Assembly: GCA_030704615.1 (NCBI GenBank)
Contig: CM060731.1
Span: 22,878,001-22,942,000, forward strand
Reading direction: 5' to 3'
DNA length: 64,000 nucleotides
Source: Takakia lepidozioides
Taxonomy: Eukaryota > Plantae > Bryophyta
Under the pieces are notes generated by a model. That model was not told where the DNA came from. It saw only the letters and a list, made by a program, of their open reading frames with translations, and did not search any database. Shown here piece after piece: positions 1 to 21,537 of this stretch (position 1 is the stretch's first letter; every line of letters starts with the position of its first letter). The position numbers and the translations under genes are program-made.

Positions 1-596
1 TGAAGCAGTCTGCTCAGGGCGGATAAGCTTGGCCAGTAAGGGCTGTAAGCGAATCGCGAGGGCCTTGGCGGTAATTTTGTAGGTGGTGTTCAACAAGATA
101 ATTGGTCTGTAGTTAGAGAGAATATCCCGATCACCCTTTTCTTTCTCAAAGATATGTTTCAATTATCCCCTATGCTTACTTTTGGGAAGTAGTTACAATA
201 TGCAGTTTCAAGTTTTAAAGGTTTTTAAACTTTTTTTTGTTTTTTGATTTACTTGTTTTGTTCTTTTCCTGAAATTGTGTGAGTTTGTGTCTGACGAAAA
301 CACAAGTTTTTTGACCGCTACTATTTGCACCCTATGGTCGTCTATGCTAGATAGGCTCCGACCTACCCGCCGTCAGCATTATGGGAGTTCCTAAAATTAT
401 GCCAACAAAGTTCCTAGATTGTGTAAGATAATACGGTACTTGCCCATGCTATTCATCAGGCCCTGCCGGCCTACTTAATTTTTCTTGAAGAAGGGGTCTA
501 GCGGGTTTTTTGGAATTTCTGCAGTTTAGGGCAATCATCGTGACAAATAATGAAAAAGTACCTGAACTCCTTGTGTAAATGGCCAGCGCAACGGTA

Positions 597-965
597 GGGT
601 AGACAGGCCTATGACCGTTCATGTAACAATGGCAGAAGATCCAACAGTGAATTTTTGTCGTTTTTACCCCGGATAAAATTGATAAGATGCCCGACATGGG
701 GCCATCCCAACACACTTGGAAGTGCATGATTTCATGAAGTGGACACAAAGTTGTGAGGTTTCAAAGTTGAACCAATCTGAATGCTTGTGTGAACCTTGAG
801 CTCTTTGACCAATCACATTTTTTTGGGGGGTTCTATCAAACAACTGTTTGCCAAGTGGCAAAAATGAGTGATCTTTGGCCCAGCAATGGTAGCTCATTAT
901 GAGGTGATCGGTCATAGGCACTACAACGGTCATAGGCACTATAACAGTCATAGGCCAGTTTACCC
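597..965. repeat. Imperfect inverted repeat plus 18-bp tandem repeat, possible DNA-transposon remnant
   Basis: GGGTAGACAGGCCTATGACCGT (597-618) is nearly the reverse complement of ACAGTCATAGGCCAGTTTACCC (~944-965). GGTCATAGGCACTA(C/T)AAC is repeated about 2.5 times at 910-956. Confidence 0.45.
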
Positions 966-1841
966 TAGCTCACGTGAGGATTTAGAGCAGGTCTCAGGAT
1001 TAAACAGGTGTGACATCCGGCACTGGAAGGGCTTTAGGGCCGTACCACACTAGCAACATACCAATGGCACCAACGTGGACGTTGCAGGCTAGGGATTTTT
1101 GGATGATATAGGCCCATGTCACCAAGCGGCAATGAATGGGCTACCACACTATAGCATAAGCCCAGGGGCAAGAAAATCGCAACTATTACCTTGTCATTCT
1201 AAGAATAACCAATTCTAAAACCAGGAAGACACAAAGAGGTAGGAGAGACCATCACACGACAGGGTGACAGGGTGGGAGAGACCAACGATGGCGGGAGAAT
1301 AGCGTGTCATGACAAAATGTCTTCCTAAAATTGTGGATTCCCAGGGAACAGTACCTGGAAATCCATATTTCACCATAATGTGACATGTAGGCGTCAGGTC
1401 GGAGCCTCTCGGCCTGCAGCCGCCACTAGTGTGGTAGGCAAAGCGGCACACTGCCCTCCCTTAAACCAACAGGAGGGTCCAAAATTGAGTGCCCCTCTTA
1501 CTCTTACCACTCGCGTGGTATGGCCCTTAGTTAAACTTTTCCGGCAGTCTGTTTTTGGATTTAATTATCATCAGACAGCAGGTGCAGGTGGTAGTTGGGG
1601 AAAATAAAAATCAATAAAAAATAAATAAATGGCTTCATGTAGCTGTGATAGCTGCTTAAGCTCCATCAACAGGTATTCTACAGGTTCCCCACACAGACAT
1701 GTGAAACATATGGGAACTATGCAGGTGTTTTTTGTTGTTCAAATCGCACCCATGTAGAACATGCAAGGACGTACAGAGGAGACAAAAGGAGGGATTGAAG
1801 CAAAGATTGCACAGCAGTGGACAGCACATTTTGTCCAAAGG

Positions 1842-4800
1842 TCACTTGACTACCCTTTGCTTTTTGGCCTTACGCTTCCCATCTCCTTCCAGGAGATCAG
1901 CATAATCTTCCACACTCGCAAATGGTGATTTTGTTTTGGTCCTTGGTGTTGCATGATAGTCCGCAACCTCACTTCCTTCTGTTTGCTTCATCTTCTTCTT
2001 ACCGATCTTACTCAGAATGTCTTTTCTAGCCTTACTCTTTGGCTCTTTGGTCTTCTGTGCGGCAACTTTTTCCTCTGATGTTGTCTCCCCTATCTTGATG
2101 CTACCATCGCTATCCGGCTCACTCTCACCCTCTGGAGGAGCTCCAAGGTCAAATTCTGCGTCACTCTCACTCCATTCATCTGCACTGGATCCACTACCCT
2201 CTGGTCCATCTCTACTGGTTCTCCGCTTTCTTGAGTTGTTTGACCTCTCTGCCTGCCCTTCATCACTCTCTTCTTCATCTTCATCATCCAAATCAAAGGC
2301 TTCTCCAAAGGTTTCGTAATCATGGTCTTCCTCACTTGTTCCCTCTTCCCCATCATCATCCCCTTCCCCTCCTGGTAAGCCCATTGCAAGGCCTTCATCT
2401 TTAGCCAGCAATGCTTCCACATCATCATCTTCACTGTCATCTCCATCCACTAGGTCCCCGTCATCATCATTATCAATGCCAGTGATGTCATCCTCATCAC
2501 CCTTGTCCTTTCTCTTTTTCTGAGTCTTACTCTTACTCTTAGTGGCCTTTGCTTGGTAGAACTTGTGGAAGACAATATCCTCTGGAGGAACTTCACTTTC
2601 ATCCAAAGCCAAAAGCTCTTCGCCAACCAGGTGCGTAGATGAGTTCATCTGAAATATACCACATGTTAGCACTAGGAGTGCAATCGCCCTAGCACTAAAC
2701 ATGGTACAATTCAGCACAATGCTTCTGAGCATGTGTGGCATTTCACCATAAGATGCCTGGTCACACGATCGAAGATAAGTGAGAACCACACAAGCCCATC
2801 TCCCCGCTAAGTAGACTACTTTACCCTATTCCACCAAAATAATCAGTATATTGTCGAATCTCCCACTCTCCAGAACACACAAAGGGCTATGAGTATGACA
2901 AGAACCTAGCACTATACAGACTTCGCAAAGGAAAGCTAACACAATCTTACCATTCTGCTGGGTAATGGCAGCGAGGAACTATGCCAAGTACCATCCTCCT
3001 TATGCTTTGGAGCTTTTGGCTTCTTCTCCACAAACCGGTTCAGAAAAGCACTGAGTCCAAGATCGCGCAGTGGATCACCAGAATACACTACATTGGCACC
3101 GGACAACAAAGTCCGAGCCATGCTGGCGACTGATGGGTGCAGGTGGCTTGCAAGGGCTGTAAGCTCCCACCAACAGGCCTTGTCTGCATTGCTGCACAGA
3201 TCCATGCCAAACGCCACATGAGAGAAACACTACACCGCTGTCGCACTAGATTTGCAGCAGTGCAACCATATGGAATGCTTTCAGGAGAAAATGAGTGCTG
3301 AAGTACCTTTCGGAAATATGTGAATTGCATCACAAGTTCCCCATATTACCAGATTACACACCCTATATTTTGCAGGAAAGCCTGACCCAAGGAGCATGTA
3401 ATCAAACAGTAAGCAGATGGAACTAATAACTAAGGGCCAGTACAAGCTTTCACCACATGTAGAACCTAAACTCCTAGCATCACAGCTCCCTCCCAATGCA
3501 GATGAGGTTGAAAAATCATCTGGTAGTACCAGTAAGCAGGGTCCCGATGCCGAGGGTCGTAAGCTCCCTTGCCAGGCCAAGTCTTCTTTAACAGTCCTTC
3601 CTCCGCCTTTCCACCAACACTAGCCCCAGCCAAGAACCGAGTCTCAGTAAGGCCACCACCCTCTCCCACAGTTTTCTCTTTCCTCTTGTGGCCTTTGGCA
3701 ACGAGAAACTTGGATTTTGACTCTCTCAATGCCTCTTGTTTGGTCCTTTTTCCTTTATCCTCGTCCATAGAACTAACACTGTCGTCATCATCTTCGTCTC
3801 CTAGGTCTGGTATAGACCCGCCAAGCATTTCTTCCTCTCCTCTCTCTGCATCAGAGTCTTCTTTCACTTGCACTTCAGGTTTCTTTGCGTCAACAGCTTT
3901 GACAAGGGTAACAACCTGTTCTCTTTGCCTGAACTTGTCAGCACCAGGATTTTCGTCATCATCATCTGGGGCGTCCACAAAATGCTCAGTATCTTCATCT
4001 TGGTCTTCTGGCTGGAGAATTGCACTCCTTTGACACCCAACCGAGTCCCCAGTTAGCATCACTGAGAAATGAGCACTATTTCTTGGTTGAAATCGTCAAA
4101 ATGGCATGGGATATACAAGTGCCAATAGAGACTCACCACAGACTTGGCCTTAATTTGAGGACCTCAGAAAGAAGCAGAAGGCAACCACAGGCAAATTGAG
4201 GGGGTTGTTGAAGGGCCACCTGCAGCTCAGGGATGCCAGATTAGAACATGGTATTCACAGGCATCACAAGCAAAGCATGGGGCAGGTGGAAGGACAGATT
4301 GAGCATTGGCTGTCCTCCCTCAAAGAAAAGAGAGAGATTCATAAAGCACCTCGGTGCACAAAGTTTGATCAGAGCACTATATCAAATAAAAAAGCACCTG
4401 AGTTAGACGTTTGGAAAATGCAGCCATTCGCTTTGAGTCAATGTCTGACTTCAGTGCTTTGAACACCAGCCCCAGAAACATCTCTGCCTGCCCAGCCATC
4501 AGCCATACAATGGGTCCAGTAGAATAGAATTATTGTGCAATTGACAACTCAGTTTGCAGTAAAAATGAAAACATTCCCTTAACTCTTGAGTAGGGACAAA
4601 TGAACAACATCTCTAACATATGACAAGCTACAAACCGAAATTTTAAGTAAGATTCTACACCAAACTGTCATGGACCAAAGCACAGGGACTATGATAGAAC
4701 CTTGGAAGATTTTGTGAGACTCGGAGAGAGGAGGACAGCATAGAGGGCTCGATAAAAGCGGTCACTGATGGCCTGGTTCTTGAGCAGCAGCTGGTGTAGT

Positions 4801-5836
4801 AACACGAGTGCTTGAACACCCACGTTGAAATTACTAGAGTGAACCTGGTTCCATACGCACAGGTTTGTCAACATGGTAGAATGTGTAAAGTGGCTGTTAC
4901 ACAATGTGTGCTTTCAAACAATATCTGAGGGCAACAGATGCACCTCCAAACTTTACCACTTTGCTGTGAACATGTGGGTATGGACCCCATTTGGATAGGC
5001 CCCACTTAGTTGACTGATATCACTGAGCAGATTCCATAACTCTCTACCAAAGAGAGAATGTACTCATAAGATGTTGTTTGCCTTAGCCTTGTGGCCATTG
5101 ACCCCACACTCAGTTTGAGCGGAAGACATTCAGAGAGAGAGTGAGAGAGAGAACAAAGGAAGTTATTTCCTTACGTTCACAGAGGGCCCCAAGAGCCCAT
5201 AGGACAACAGTAAAAGAACCAGGTCAGAAAACAACAAATGACACCCGAAAACAAAGTGCCTCATGCAGGTAAGCAGTCAGACACTTCGGGTCCTAATGCT
5301 GAAAGCCGCTGTACTCTTAAGATGTTTTCCATAGCCTTGTAGCCATAGACCCTGCGCCCAGTTTTAGAGGAACGACGCTGCCAGAGAATGTACTCATAAG
5401 ACGTTTGGCATTGCATTGCGGCCATAGATCCTGTGCCCAGTTTGGGCGGAACAACACTGCCAGAGAGAGAGAGAATGTACTCAAGACATTGTTTGCCGTA
5501 GCCTTGTGGCCATTGACCCCTCGCTCAGTTTCAGCGGAACACAAAGGGACAGAAACTACCTTTGTCAGGGGCTGACGCCCGTAGTATAACTCACCTTGGA
5601 ACAGACAATTGATCCGAGTATTCCAGATATCCTCTACAAATCCCTTTATACAAGCATCAATCTGTTGTGAGAGGGAGAAAGAATGTACTCATAACTTTGT
5701 TAGCCTTAGCCTTGTGGCCATGTACCCCACGCCCAGTTTGGACGGAAAAGAGTGAGAGAATGTACTCGTAAGACTTTGCTTGCCGTAGGCTTGTGGCCAC
5801 AGACCCACGCCCAGTTTGGGCGGAAGAAAAGAGAGC

Positions 5837-5874
<38 letters not shown>

Positions 5875-8800
5875 TACCAAGCGAAATAGAATGGGTGTGT
5901 GTTCCTCAATCACAGCATCTACATCATCAGCTGCCACATAAGGAAATGCTCTGTTTACACCCTTCACCACCCCAACCATAGGTTCCTTCTCAGAAAGGTG
6001 CAGAGCCACCACAGACAATTGCTACTGTAGTTAGCTGATTCTTGGTGAAGGTAGAAATTGACTGAGGTCTGCACTCTCTGCACAATGCAGACATTACTTG
6101 AGAAACATGTGTTGCACATGTTATGATTTACAATCAAACAAGTACTTGTATATAGGCCGATAAGACAAATGTCGAAACTCACAATCCATCAGAGAATCAG
6201 CTTTTACGTAAAAGGTTTTCAAATTGAGAGATGAGAGTTGGTGATAGTCATCAACTCACTGTTAACAGCGCAGAAAGAAGTCTTGAATCGACCTCTGTAA
6301 CTATACCCTCAGGGGACCCATCTTTCTTAGAAAGCTCAACCCCCTTTTTCCTCCATTTGTCACGCCTTTTCACCTTTTTCTTTCCCTTTTTGTCATCATT
6401 CTGCTTTGCTTCTCCTGTCGTTAGAGTCTGCTGACACAAGCACCACAGATCTTCAATAACTACAAATATATAGGAAAGCCAACACAGTTGGCAGCCCCCT
6501 CTCATCCAGTGATGAGAGTGGTATTATAGTTGACCTTAAGTTTTGAAAGTACATTGTACTCACTGCTAAACTTTACCAAGTCGTTGAACTAGGTCCAGAC
6601 AGGAGATGTTGAGGATAAGACAACCAGATAACACAACCGTAAAAGCTTTTGACTTTCAAAGCACAAGGGCTGGTGTGGAAGATGCCAGGAAGAAAACTGA
6701 CCTTGAAAAGTGCAAAATAAAGATTGACAAGCTGCTTTGCGATCAGTGGCCCGTCACCTCGATTGCTAAGCATTATTTGATTCAAAAACACTGCCTGCAT
6801 GGATACAGCCAATGCATAAGAACATGTATACACCTATGCTTATCAATCTCTTGAAATCATACTGACACACACAAATCCATAAGCAAGTACTAGAAAACTT
6901 GAAGGCCAGCAGCTGCCAGCATCAATGTACCCAGCCAGGAACTTGAGCTCTTAATGTAGTTTCACATGCTAGCAGTACAACAAAAAGGAGGGAAAGGTAC
7001 CGCATAGTATCCGGCTCGAATACCCACATGAGGCCGAAACACAAATGTGTCCACCTCCTCTATGACCACCCTCTGCCTCCACAACATGATGTGAAGGTGA
7101 AAACAAAAGAGATTTCAATTAAAACCGTACAAAAGTGCAAGACACTAAAAACTCCCCCACCCCAAAATTCGGAGGGCCAGTAGCCTCCATGTCCTGAACG
7201 CCACTTGATTTTGTCCTTGTTTCTGACAGATTGTGGTGGACATCCACTCATTCTTGTCCCCCACAACCACATACAGTATTTTTCTTCCTTTGAAAACAAT
7301 CTGAAACAGCAGTTTACATAATGATAAAGACTGTACCTTCATATTGGGGTGGGCTGTCAAAAGGCAAGAGAGCAGATAGCTGGCATTGGAGGCTATCTTC
7401 CTCTCTGGGTCTCCCAGCTGGACACAACACACATCTCTTCTTTAAAAAAAAACAAAGTTTTTGAACCTCGGTTTATAACTACCGATTTTAGGTGAATCTG
7501 TGTTCAGTGTGTGGATTGCGCTAGAGTAGTGCGCAAAGCTTATAACCAGCAAAAGATGAAAGGGAATATCATCCTGCCCACATTGTCCATAGTTTCCATC
7601 TCTGAAGAGCTGAAAGCAACCACCCTGTCCTCCTTTGTGGCTGATCATTAACTGAAGCTGGAAAAACTTCCCAGCAAAGTTGACCACAAGATGCAACAGA
7701 AGAGTCCAGCACGACCATAAAATTAAATCAATCATACCATTAAGGATTTACCATTCACTCCAGACTGAGCTCCGAAAGCATGTACCTTGTTTACAAGAGC
7801 TGAGAGCAGTCGCCTCTCCTGCTCAGGTTTAGTCTTCAAAAGCCCATAAACTGTCTGCACCCACCAAGAGTGTATACGTGAAAATGTACTCATTCTGAGA
7901 CTACTGACTTGGGAGGTGAACAAGGCCCTTAAGACTGTTTTCGGAATCCACTGGGTACCATGGGGCGCCAGACTATGAATGTTCTAACATCTATTAGGAA
8001 GTTCTTGATGAAAGCAAAGGAATGGAACAGCAGTGAACCTGAATAATCATGAAAACGAACCCTCTACTACTACTACTACTACTCGGAAGCGTAAACTTGA
8101 TTGGCAGGAAAAACTTACGTAAGTGTGGGCTCTGAAATCATTGAAAGTAGTCTTCATTGTAGACATACCAGCAAAATCCAACAAAAAATGATTTCTAATT
8201 ACCTTGAGTGCTTTTTCTTTGAGAAAGACCAGGGTGTCCTTGGTGGCTTCTTCCAATGCAACAATAAAGCGCTCATATCTGCAGGGCGCATCCATGTCGC
8301 TCTCAACAAGCCCAATGGCAATTCGAACTCCAAATGTGTAAGACACTTGACCAGCTTAAAGCCTCCTCTCATACCCCTCCTGGCGCCTTGTTTAAAACTT
8401 GCCTGACAGTAGTTTACTCTGGATTGCAACCCGGGAAGTGCGCACTACAAGTCATACTGAACAACAATCATTTAAGCACGCTGCCTCTTCAACACCCCTT
8501 GTCTTTCAAGTCTTACAATGATCCATGCTTGTTATATTACTTGACAAATAACCTACAATCGAAACATTTGCATGGCACACCTGCGTTTGAGGCAGTCCTC
8601 CCAGTACCAGTAGAGTAGCACATAATCCGCCTCCTTTGATCCTTGCAAAGCTGTCAGGGGCTGCTGAGCAAGGTATTTCAGCTTTCGATCTGGTAACAAG
8701 CTGTGACACACCAATCCTCATTTTAGTCCAATGAACAGGTCCAGCTTCCGATGTGTTCCTTTCATTAGCTTGGCATTAACTATCTCATCTTTCCTAAATG

Positions 8801-10853
8801 ATAGCCGAACAATAGTTACCCTGAGTGGGATCATTTTTACTACCAAAACCTGAGACAAGTAAGACCACAACAGCCCTGAGGCCCTCTACTAGGTGTGAGG
8901 ACGAACAATAAGAACAGGAGAGAATACACTTGTGGAAACACAAAACCTATCACTGTGATCATTTGCTCCTCAGCCACTCATGTGCATGACTGTTGAATAC
9001 AAAGAGGGAAAAAATCATAATAGGGACAGTCTACAATTTTTCAATGACTTAGGGTTTATTCACCCAGAAGTCCAATACTTCTATGCTAAACTGACAAGGC
9101 AAAGTAACCCGTTTTGAGGAATATAACTGCAAAACCACAGCATTACTGAAGCATTAAATAACAGCACATTGTACTTCCCCAATCTTCCTACAATCGCTTC
9201 ACCAGCAAGCCATCGCACCTTGTCAGAAACAGCTCTTTCATTGAATCAATGCCAATTGCTGCATGCCGCTTCCCTCCCTTTGATGTCACCATCCCTACAC
9301 CAAACATGCTTATGTCAGTCCACCATCTACAGCTAATAGTCCCAACCTGCTGAGAAGCTTGTATACAGTCGTATTTCTTCCAGACAATCTATTGCTGAGC
9401 TACAGGCTGCTCAGCTACATATCTATCATGGTGGCAACAAAATGTACTTGGCAGATCCTTCCACACCTGAAATAGAGACACTGGCTAAACCCTGAACCCT
9501 GAAGGGCAATTGAAAATAAAACTGACAAGCCCTACACCAGTGTAACAACCCATTTAGCCATATTCTTTAACTAGGTGTTGGGTAACTTCAACTTCCTGGA
9601 GGCGATCTTTTAGAGGATCCTGAACTATGACATTCCAGCCCAAACAACTAGGTCTGCTTCTCTCTCTAATGGAACTATCTGTCAACTGAAAGTATCGCTC
9701 AACCTTGGCGGTTCACAATAACACTACAGTCCATCGTGACAAATTCCGAAGAGAGAACAGTTTGACATCAAGATTGGGTACTAACTTGAACTGAAACCTT
9801 CCAACAGGACCATCGCCTCCAAAGCTTCAGAGCAGGCAGTAACCCTACATTTGCGTCCCCATTGCTACTGTGAAAATTACCAAGGAGGGCATCCAACGTC
9901 CGGAGATTGAGCATGGGATTGTCCTGCAGCATGACAGTCATGGCCGCCACTTTATCAATTGACGTTCCAGACCTGCGAGCGGTCATCAACCACCGTGTGT
10001 CGCTGTTCTTTCCCCGGGAGCGCTCGTAATCTGCCACAGCCTTTTCCATCAACTGTTCTGCCTTCTGGCGTTTCTGTGATACTAATTCCTCCCATTCAAC
10101 CGAGTTATTCCTGCCCACCTCCGGCACTGCGCCCACATTCCCATGTTGCTTCCTCTTCCCCAATACAGACGATTTCCCTCCTCCCAATGGACCTGTGGCA
10201 TGCCCATCTCCCTCAACGGGTGCAGAGGCTCGTGAGGACTTTGAGGAGAGGTTCGTAACTGCAGTTGCTGCAGCTTCGTACCAGATAGAAGAGGATGGCA
10301 ATTCAAATCTTGCCTCAGATTCCTTCTTGTCTTTCTTCTCTAAATTTGACCTTTTCTTCCCTACATCCGACTTGTCAAACCCAGAACTCCCCTCCGATAT
10401 CTTCTCCACATACTTTTCTTTCTTTTTCCTCCCCAAAACAGACCATTTCCCGCCACCCGCTGGAGGTGTGGCATGCCCTTCTTCCTCAGCCGCCGCAGAG
10501 GCACGTGAGGGCTGCGAAGACAGGTTTGCAGCTGACAATTTCTGCTTGTCTTTCTTTGCTGAAGCAGAGTGTTTGGCCCGCGAATCCGAGGCATCCAATC
10601 CAGAATGCAATCCGCTCCAAGATTTTTGCTTCTCCCTCTTCTCTGCAATAGACCCTTTCTTCCGAAAATCAGAGTCATCAAACCCAGAACCAAATCCATC
10701 CGAGCTTGACAGCCCGAGACTTGCAGCAAATGATGCAACCTCTGTATGCAAGGACTTGAGATCTTCCTCTTTCGCCTTGGGCTTAGCTTTACTAGATTTA
10801 CTTTTCGTCTCAGAGCTGGGCCCTGCAGCTGCTGCAGACGCCATGGCTGGCAT
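1842..10853 (-). CDS. NOC1: Ribosome biogenesis protein NOC1/MAK21/CEBPZ (CBF domain; SWA2/EDA25-like), about 15 exons
   Basis: Exon peptides include SGTSIDKVAAMTVMLQDNP..NLRTLDALL, LLPDRKLKYL..YWYWEDCLK, KPEQERRLLSALVNK, LGDPERKIASNASYLL, DSRLLSALLTGVNRAFPYV, NVGVQALVLL..DRFYRALY, YDPRHRDP, WWELTALASHLHPSVA and an acidic tail ending SPFASVEDY. Introns are GT-AG. Confidence 0.93.
5052..5875 (-). mobile_element. Stack of six 5'-truncated 3' ends of a non-LTR retrotransposon inside a NOC1 intron
   Basis: Six copies of the terminus ...GGCCACAAGGCTACGGCAAACAACGTCTTATGAGTACA (seen as TGTACTC at ~5059, 5310, 5389, 5476, 5684, 5761), mostly abutting TC tracts. Homologous to 47850-48046. Confidence 0.88.
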
Positions 10854-11005
10854 GGCAGTTAAGATCTTCTTCTTCCTCCTCAGAACCTAAACCAAAACTC
10901 GTAACACGGCTCCAAAATCATCACAGTATTCAACACCCCACCCTCCTCCCCTCAAAGCCCCTTGTGCTGCTGCACTGGCTTCAGAGTCTCACTCCATATC
11001 CTCGT

Positions 11006-11020
11006 GGGTTTAGGGTTTAG
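11006..11020 (-). promoter_or_regulatory. Telo-box (AAACCCTA) upstream of NOC1, in the divergent NOC1/AlaRS promoter region
   Basis: GGGTTTAGGGTTTAG lies about 150 bp upstream of the NOC1 ATG. Telo-boxes are characteristic of plant ribosome-biogenesis gene promoters. Confidence 0.55.
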
Positions 11021-12186
11021 CCCCTCAACAGAATCTGTCACCTCTACGAACGGATGAGACAGCATATATTTTTTTCAATTCCGGGCAGTCTCATTAAAAA
11101 TACAGAAATGGAGGAATGAGAAAGTGCGTGGTTCCCATGGATATGGGAACGTAGATGGGCTAAGCCAAGTGTGTGGCGCTCAACAAGCTCTTCCTTGCCT
11201 TCCTCTTTCTCTCCCTCTCTGTGGGAGATGAGATTGTAGATACGAGAATTCCTCGTTGGACTGCAAGCAACGCCTTCAATGGCTGTCCATGCGGCTCTAC
11301 GGCCTCTACCTCGGCCGCCACACCACCACCCCTCGCTCTCTCTCTCTGTGGGCCGTCTGGCATCCTGGCTGTGTCCTGTAAGACTCCTCTGTTTTTGCTG
11401 TGTCTCTCCAAAATTCACAAAGTAAAAGGAATTATAACTTACGGGAGAGACATGTCGGATGGTTGTAGGCATCCAATGTATCTCCAGGGCACTCAGCAGG
11501 GAGAAACATGAATTAGCCGCGGATTAGCTGTTTGAATGCTTGTAGTAGCAGCCGTGTTTTAAACCTAGTCTTAATTTCGATCAGGTGGGGGGGGAGACCT
11601 GGTGCCCATCATCGGAACGACAGGATATTTTTGAATTTGTAGATGTTGTACAGAATTTTCTTGACTGCAGTTGTTCGCAGTTCACACAGAGTTCCAAAAT
11701 CTTCCGTCGTTTGGTGACACCCCTGCAACGACAGGATAGTCGAAAATTAAAGTAGCGTGTTGTCGGCAATTTGTAATGTACCTTGCGAGAACTGAAACGG
11801 ACATTAGTTTTGAGTGTGAGTGTGCAGTGTACTGTGCACCTACATGTATATATCTTCATGCGCTTGCTTGAACTGATGCTTTGCAATGTACATTAGCCAA
11901 ACCAGAAGATATTAGATTCATCTGCTCCACAAATATATAGGAGGGGTATGAAAAGGGAAGTTTGTGTAAAAGATACTATCAACAATGGGTTGAATGCTTA
12001 CATGAACACAAGGTCCTCTCTTTCCTTCCCATCTTTATCAACTGCCAGTGAGCCTGATCCTGGACATCTAGAAATCCATGCTTAGAATTCTGCAAGCATG
12101 GGTTTCTACAGATGGGTTTGCTAGTTTCTGCTAGTTTGTAAACTTAGGTGACTGTAAGGTGTGTGGCAACCTCGCAGTGTGATTAA

Positions 12187-19374
<7,188 letters not shown>

Positions 19375-21537
19375 CTTTCATTACATGTATTATACTGCAT
19401 TTGGCTGTGGTTTAGCCTTGTTTTGGTCAGGTCAACATTGTCAGGTGAAGATTCGTTCTGGGCTTTCTGGCGGGGGATTTAGGGTTTCTCTTAGGGTATG
19501 GACAATTCCATTAATTCTTACTCTGTTGGAGTCTGTGGGTAGTAGTGTTCTTCCCTAGTGTCTTTTCAGAATTAATTCAACATTTGGTCTTAGGACTAGT
19601 TCAGTTTCAATGTGGATTGTTTTCAGCAGCAATCGAGCATCCGCTCTTGGATGTCGCTGTTGATTGACTTCCATGCCCTCCTGCCTTCAATGCCTTGATT
19701 CATTGACTGCAGACAGTCATATCACAGCAAGGGATAATGTTTGTACACTGGTGTTCATCATCATTCGTTAATATTAGTCGTTGAATCTCAATAGAACAGG
19801 GTGAAAAATGGGATTCCACGTGCATCCATAAGCTGTGTGCAACTCTTGCTTAGTAGTTGGGGTTTCTCTCTTGCCAGAATATTCTTCTCTGAAGTGACCA
19901 GGGCAAACTATGGCCCCATTGCGGCAAATTGACAAGTGGCTCACTCTAAAGACTTGGATTGGTGGAGTTCTCTATTGCAATCACAAAGAGTTATGTCACA
20001 TTATTTTTCTGAAGTCCTGGTTGAGACCATGAAGAGAAAGCTTCTCAATCATGCACACAATGTTGATCGAGCACATCCTGTATCTCTTGGATTCCAAATA
20101 AAACTGCCACTGGTCATCTGCACATCATGGACTGAGTGTATGGTGAACTTGATCTGCATGCATGACACAGGCTTACCAGAGAGGCATGGTGAAGGCACAT
20201 GGTATGCACAGTACATTTGGATTGGGACTTAGTAATTTGTATATGCTGTGGACTTGAAAAATTAGCAGATAGCATTCTGCAATGCCAGGAGGGTCACAAC
20301 TTTGTCCAAGTCTTGCAACTGACCTCCAGATTGAGCAGTACACAGTCACATTCTCTTAATAAGAACGACATAAGGGTATGTATCCTTACGAATGAGTGGG
20401 TTTCCTCATTCAGAAAATTTTGCAAAAACTTCTACTTCCTTATCCTCAGAAAGGTAAGTAGTATGTTTGAGGTCAAAACAAGAGCCTTCGATTATTCAAC
20501 TTCTCTTAAGGCTAGTGGATTCCCCAACTGCAAGTGCAATATGGCATCAGGACAAATGTTTGGAAGCCTCTTGCAGAAAGCCCAGAGTTTGAAAAAGAGG
20601 ACAGGATTCTCATTGAGCATTCCCTGCCAGGGTTGGCTACAGTGCCTGGGGTACATAAACCCTCTCAGGTATGTAGACTCTGCCCAAAATTGCATTGGTG
20701 CATGCACAGTGGGAGCAGCAATTTGTTCTTCGGCAAATGGGTGTCATTAGTGTTCAATACACAGGCAAGAAAAGGCATCATCCTAGATAATACGAGTGCG
20801 GTCAGAAGAGAGAAGAGATGATCACAATGGAGATCCTTCCACCTTTGGTGTGGTGAAGAGAAAAGATCAACTAGAAACTTTTCAAAATGATTGTCAAGTA
20901 TGCTGAATGCCCTAATCTAACAGCCACACACACCATGCCCATTGCTTAGAGATGAAAAAAGCAAGCGGTGGTAGGAGGGAGGAGAAGAGCACACCTCACC
21001 TCCATCCCTGTGAGGTTCTATGAAGTACTGGGACTCACCTTATAAAAATAGGTTTGGCCGTGCAGGGTCCCTCTGAAGCCACTACTAGCAACTGTTCAAG
21101 AGCGACCCCAACTACTTCAACCTTGAGGAGGGTCAAAGCTTCAGCATTATGTAGGCCCATCAATTCAACAAAGACAGAAAACATTGTGGCAAATCAAATA
21201 GGGATAGTGTCAGACATGTAGCATTTTTTCTACTTTTTACAGTCAAAGAAACAATCCAAACATGATAGCAAACTGTGCTGATTCCAGCATATGAGCTTTC
21301 TTCGACAAAATCGTCATTTGTACAACTGACGAACAACACTTTCTGATTCAAGTTAGCATGTACCCATCATGGTTGGTCTTTTGACAATCACTTCGACACA
21401 GCCAAAGACACGAGTATTAATTTGATTAAATTGAAGACCAACCACATACCCCACAACATGTATTATCAGATACCATATAACAATCCACCTATGTATCTAT
21501 GTAAGCACAAACACTGCGTATATGCAACTGGTCATTG

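Noticed and set aside
2017-10890. Long + strand ORFs at 2017, 3569 and 10195
   Set aside because: Antisense shadows of low-complexity acidic/basic NOC1 exons.
19936-21351. ORFs between AlaRS and the TPR-SET gene
   Set aside because: No recognisable motifs or consistent exon chain; probably 3' UTR or intergenic sequence.
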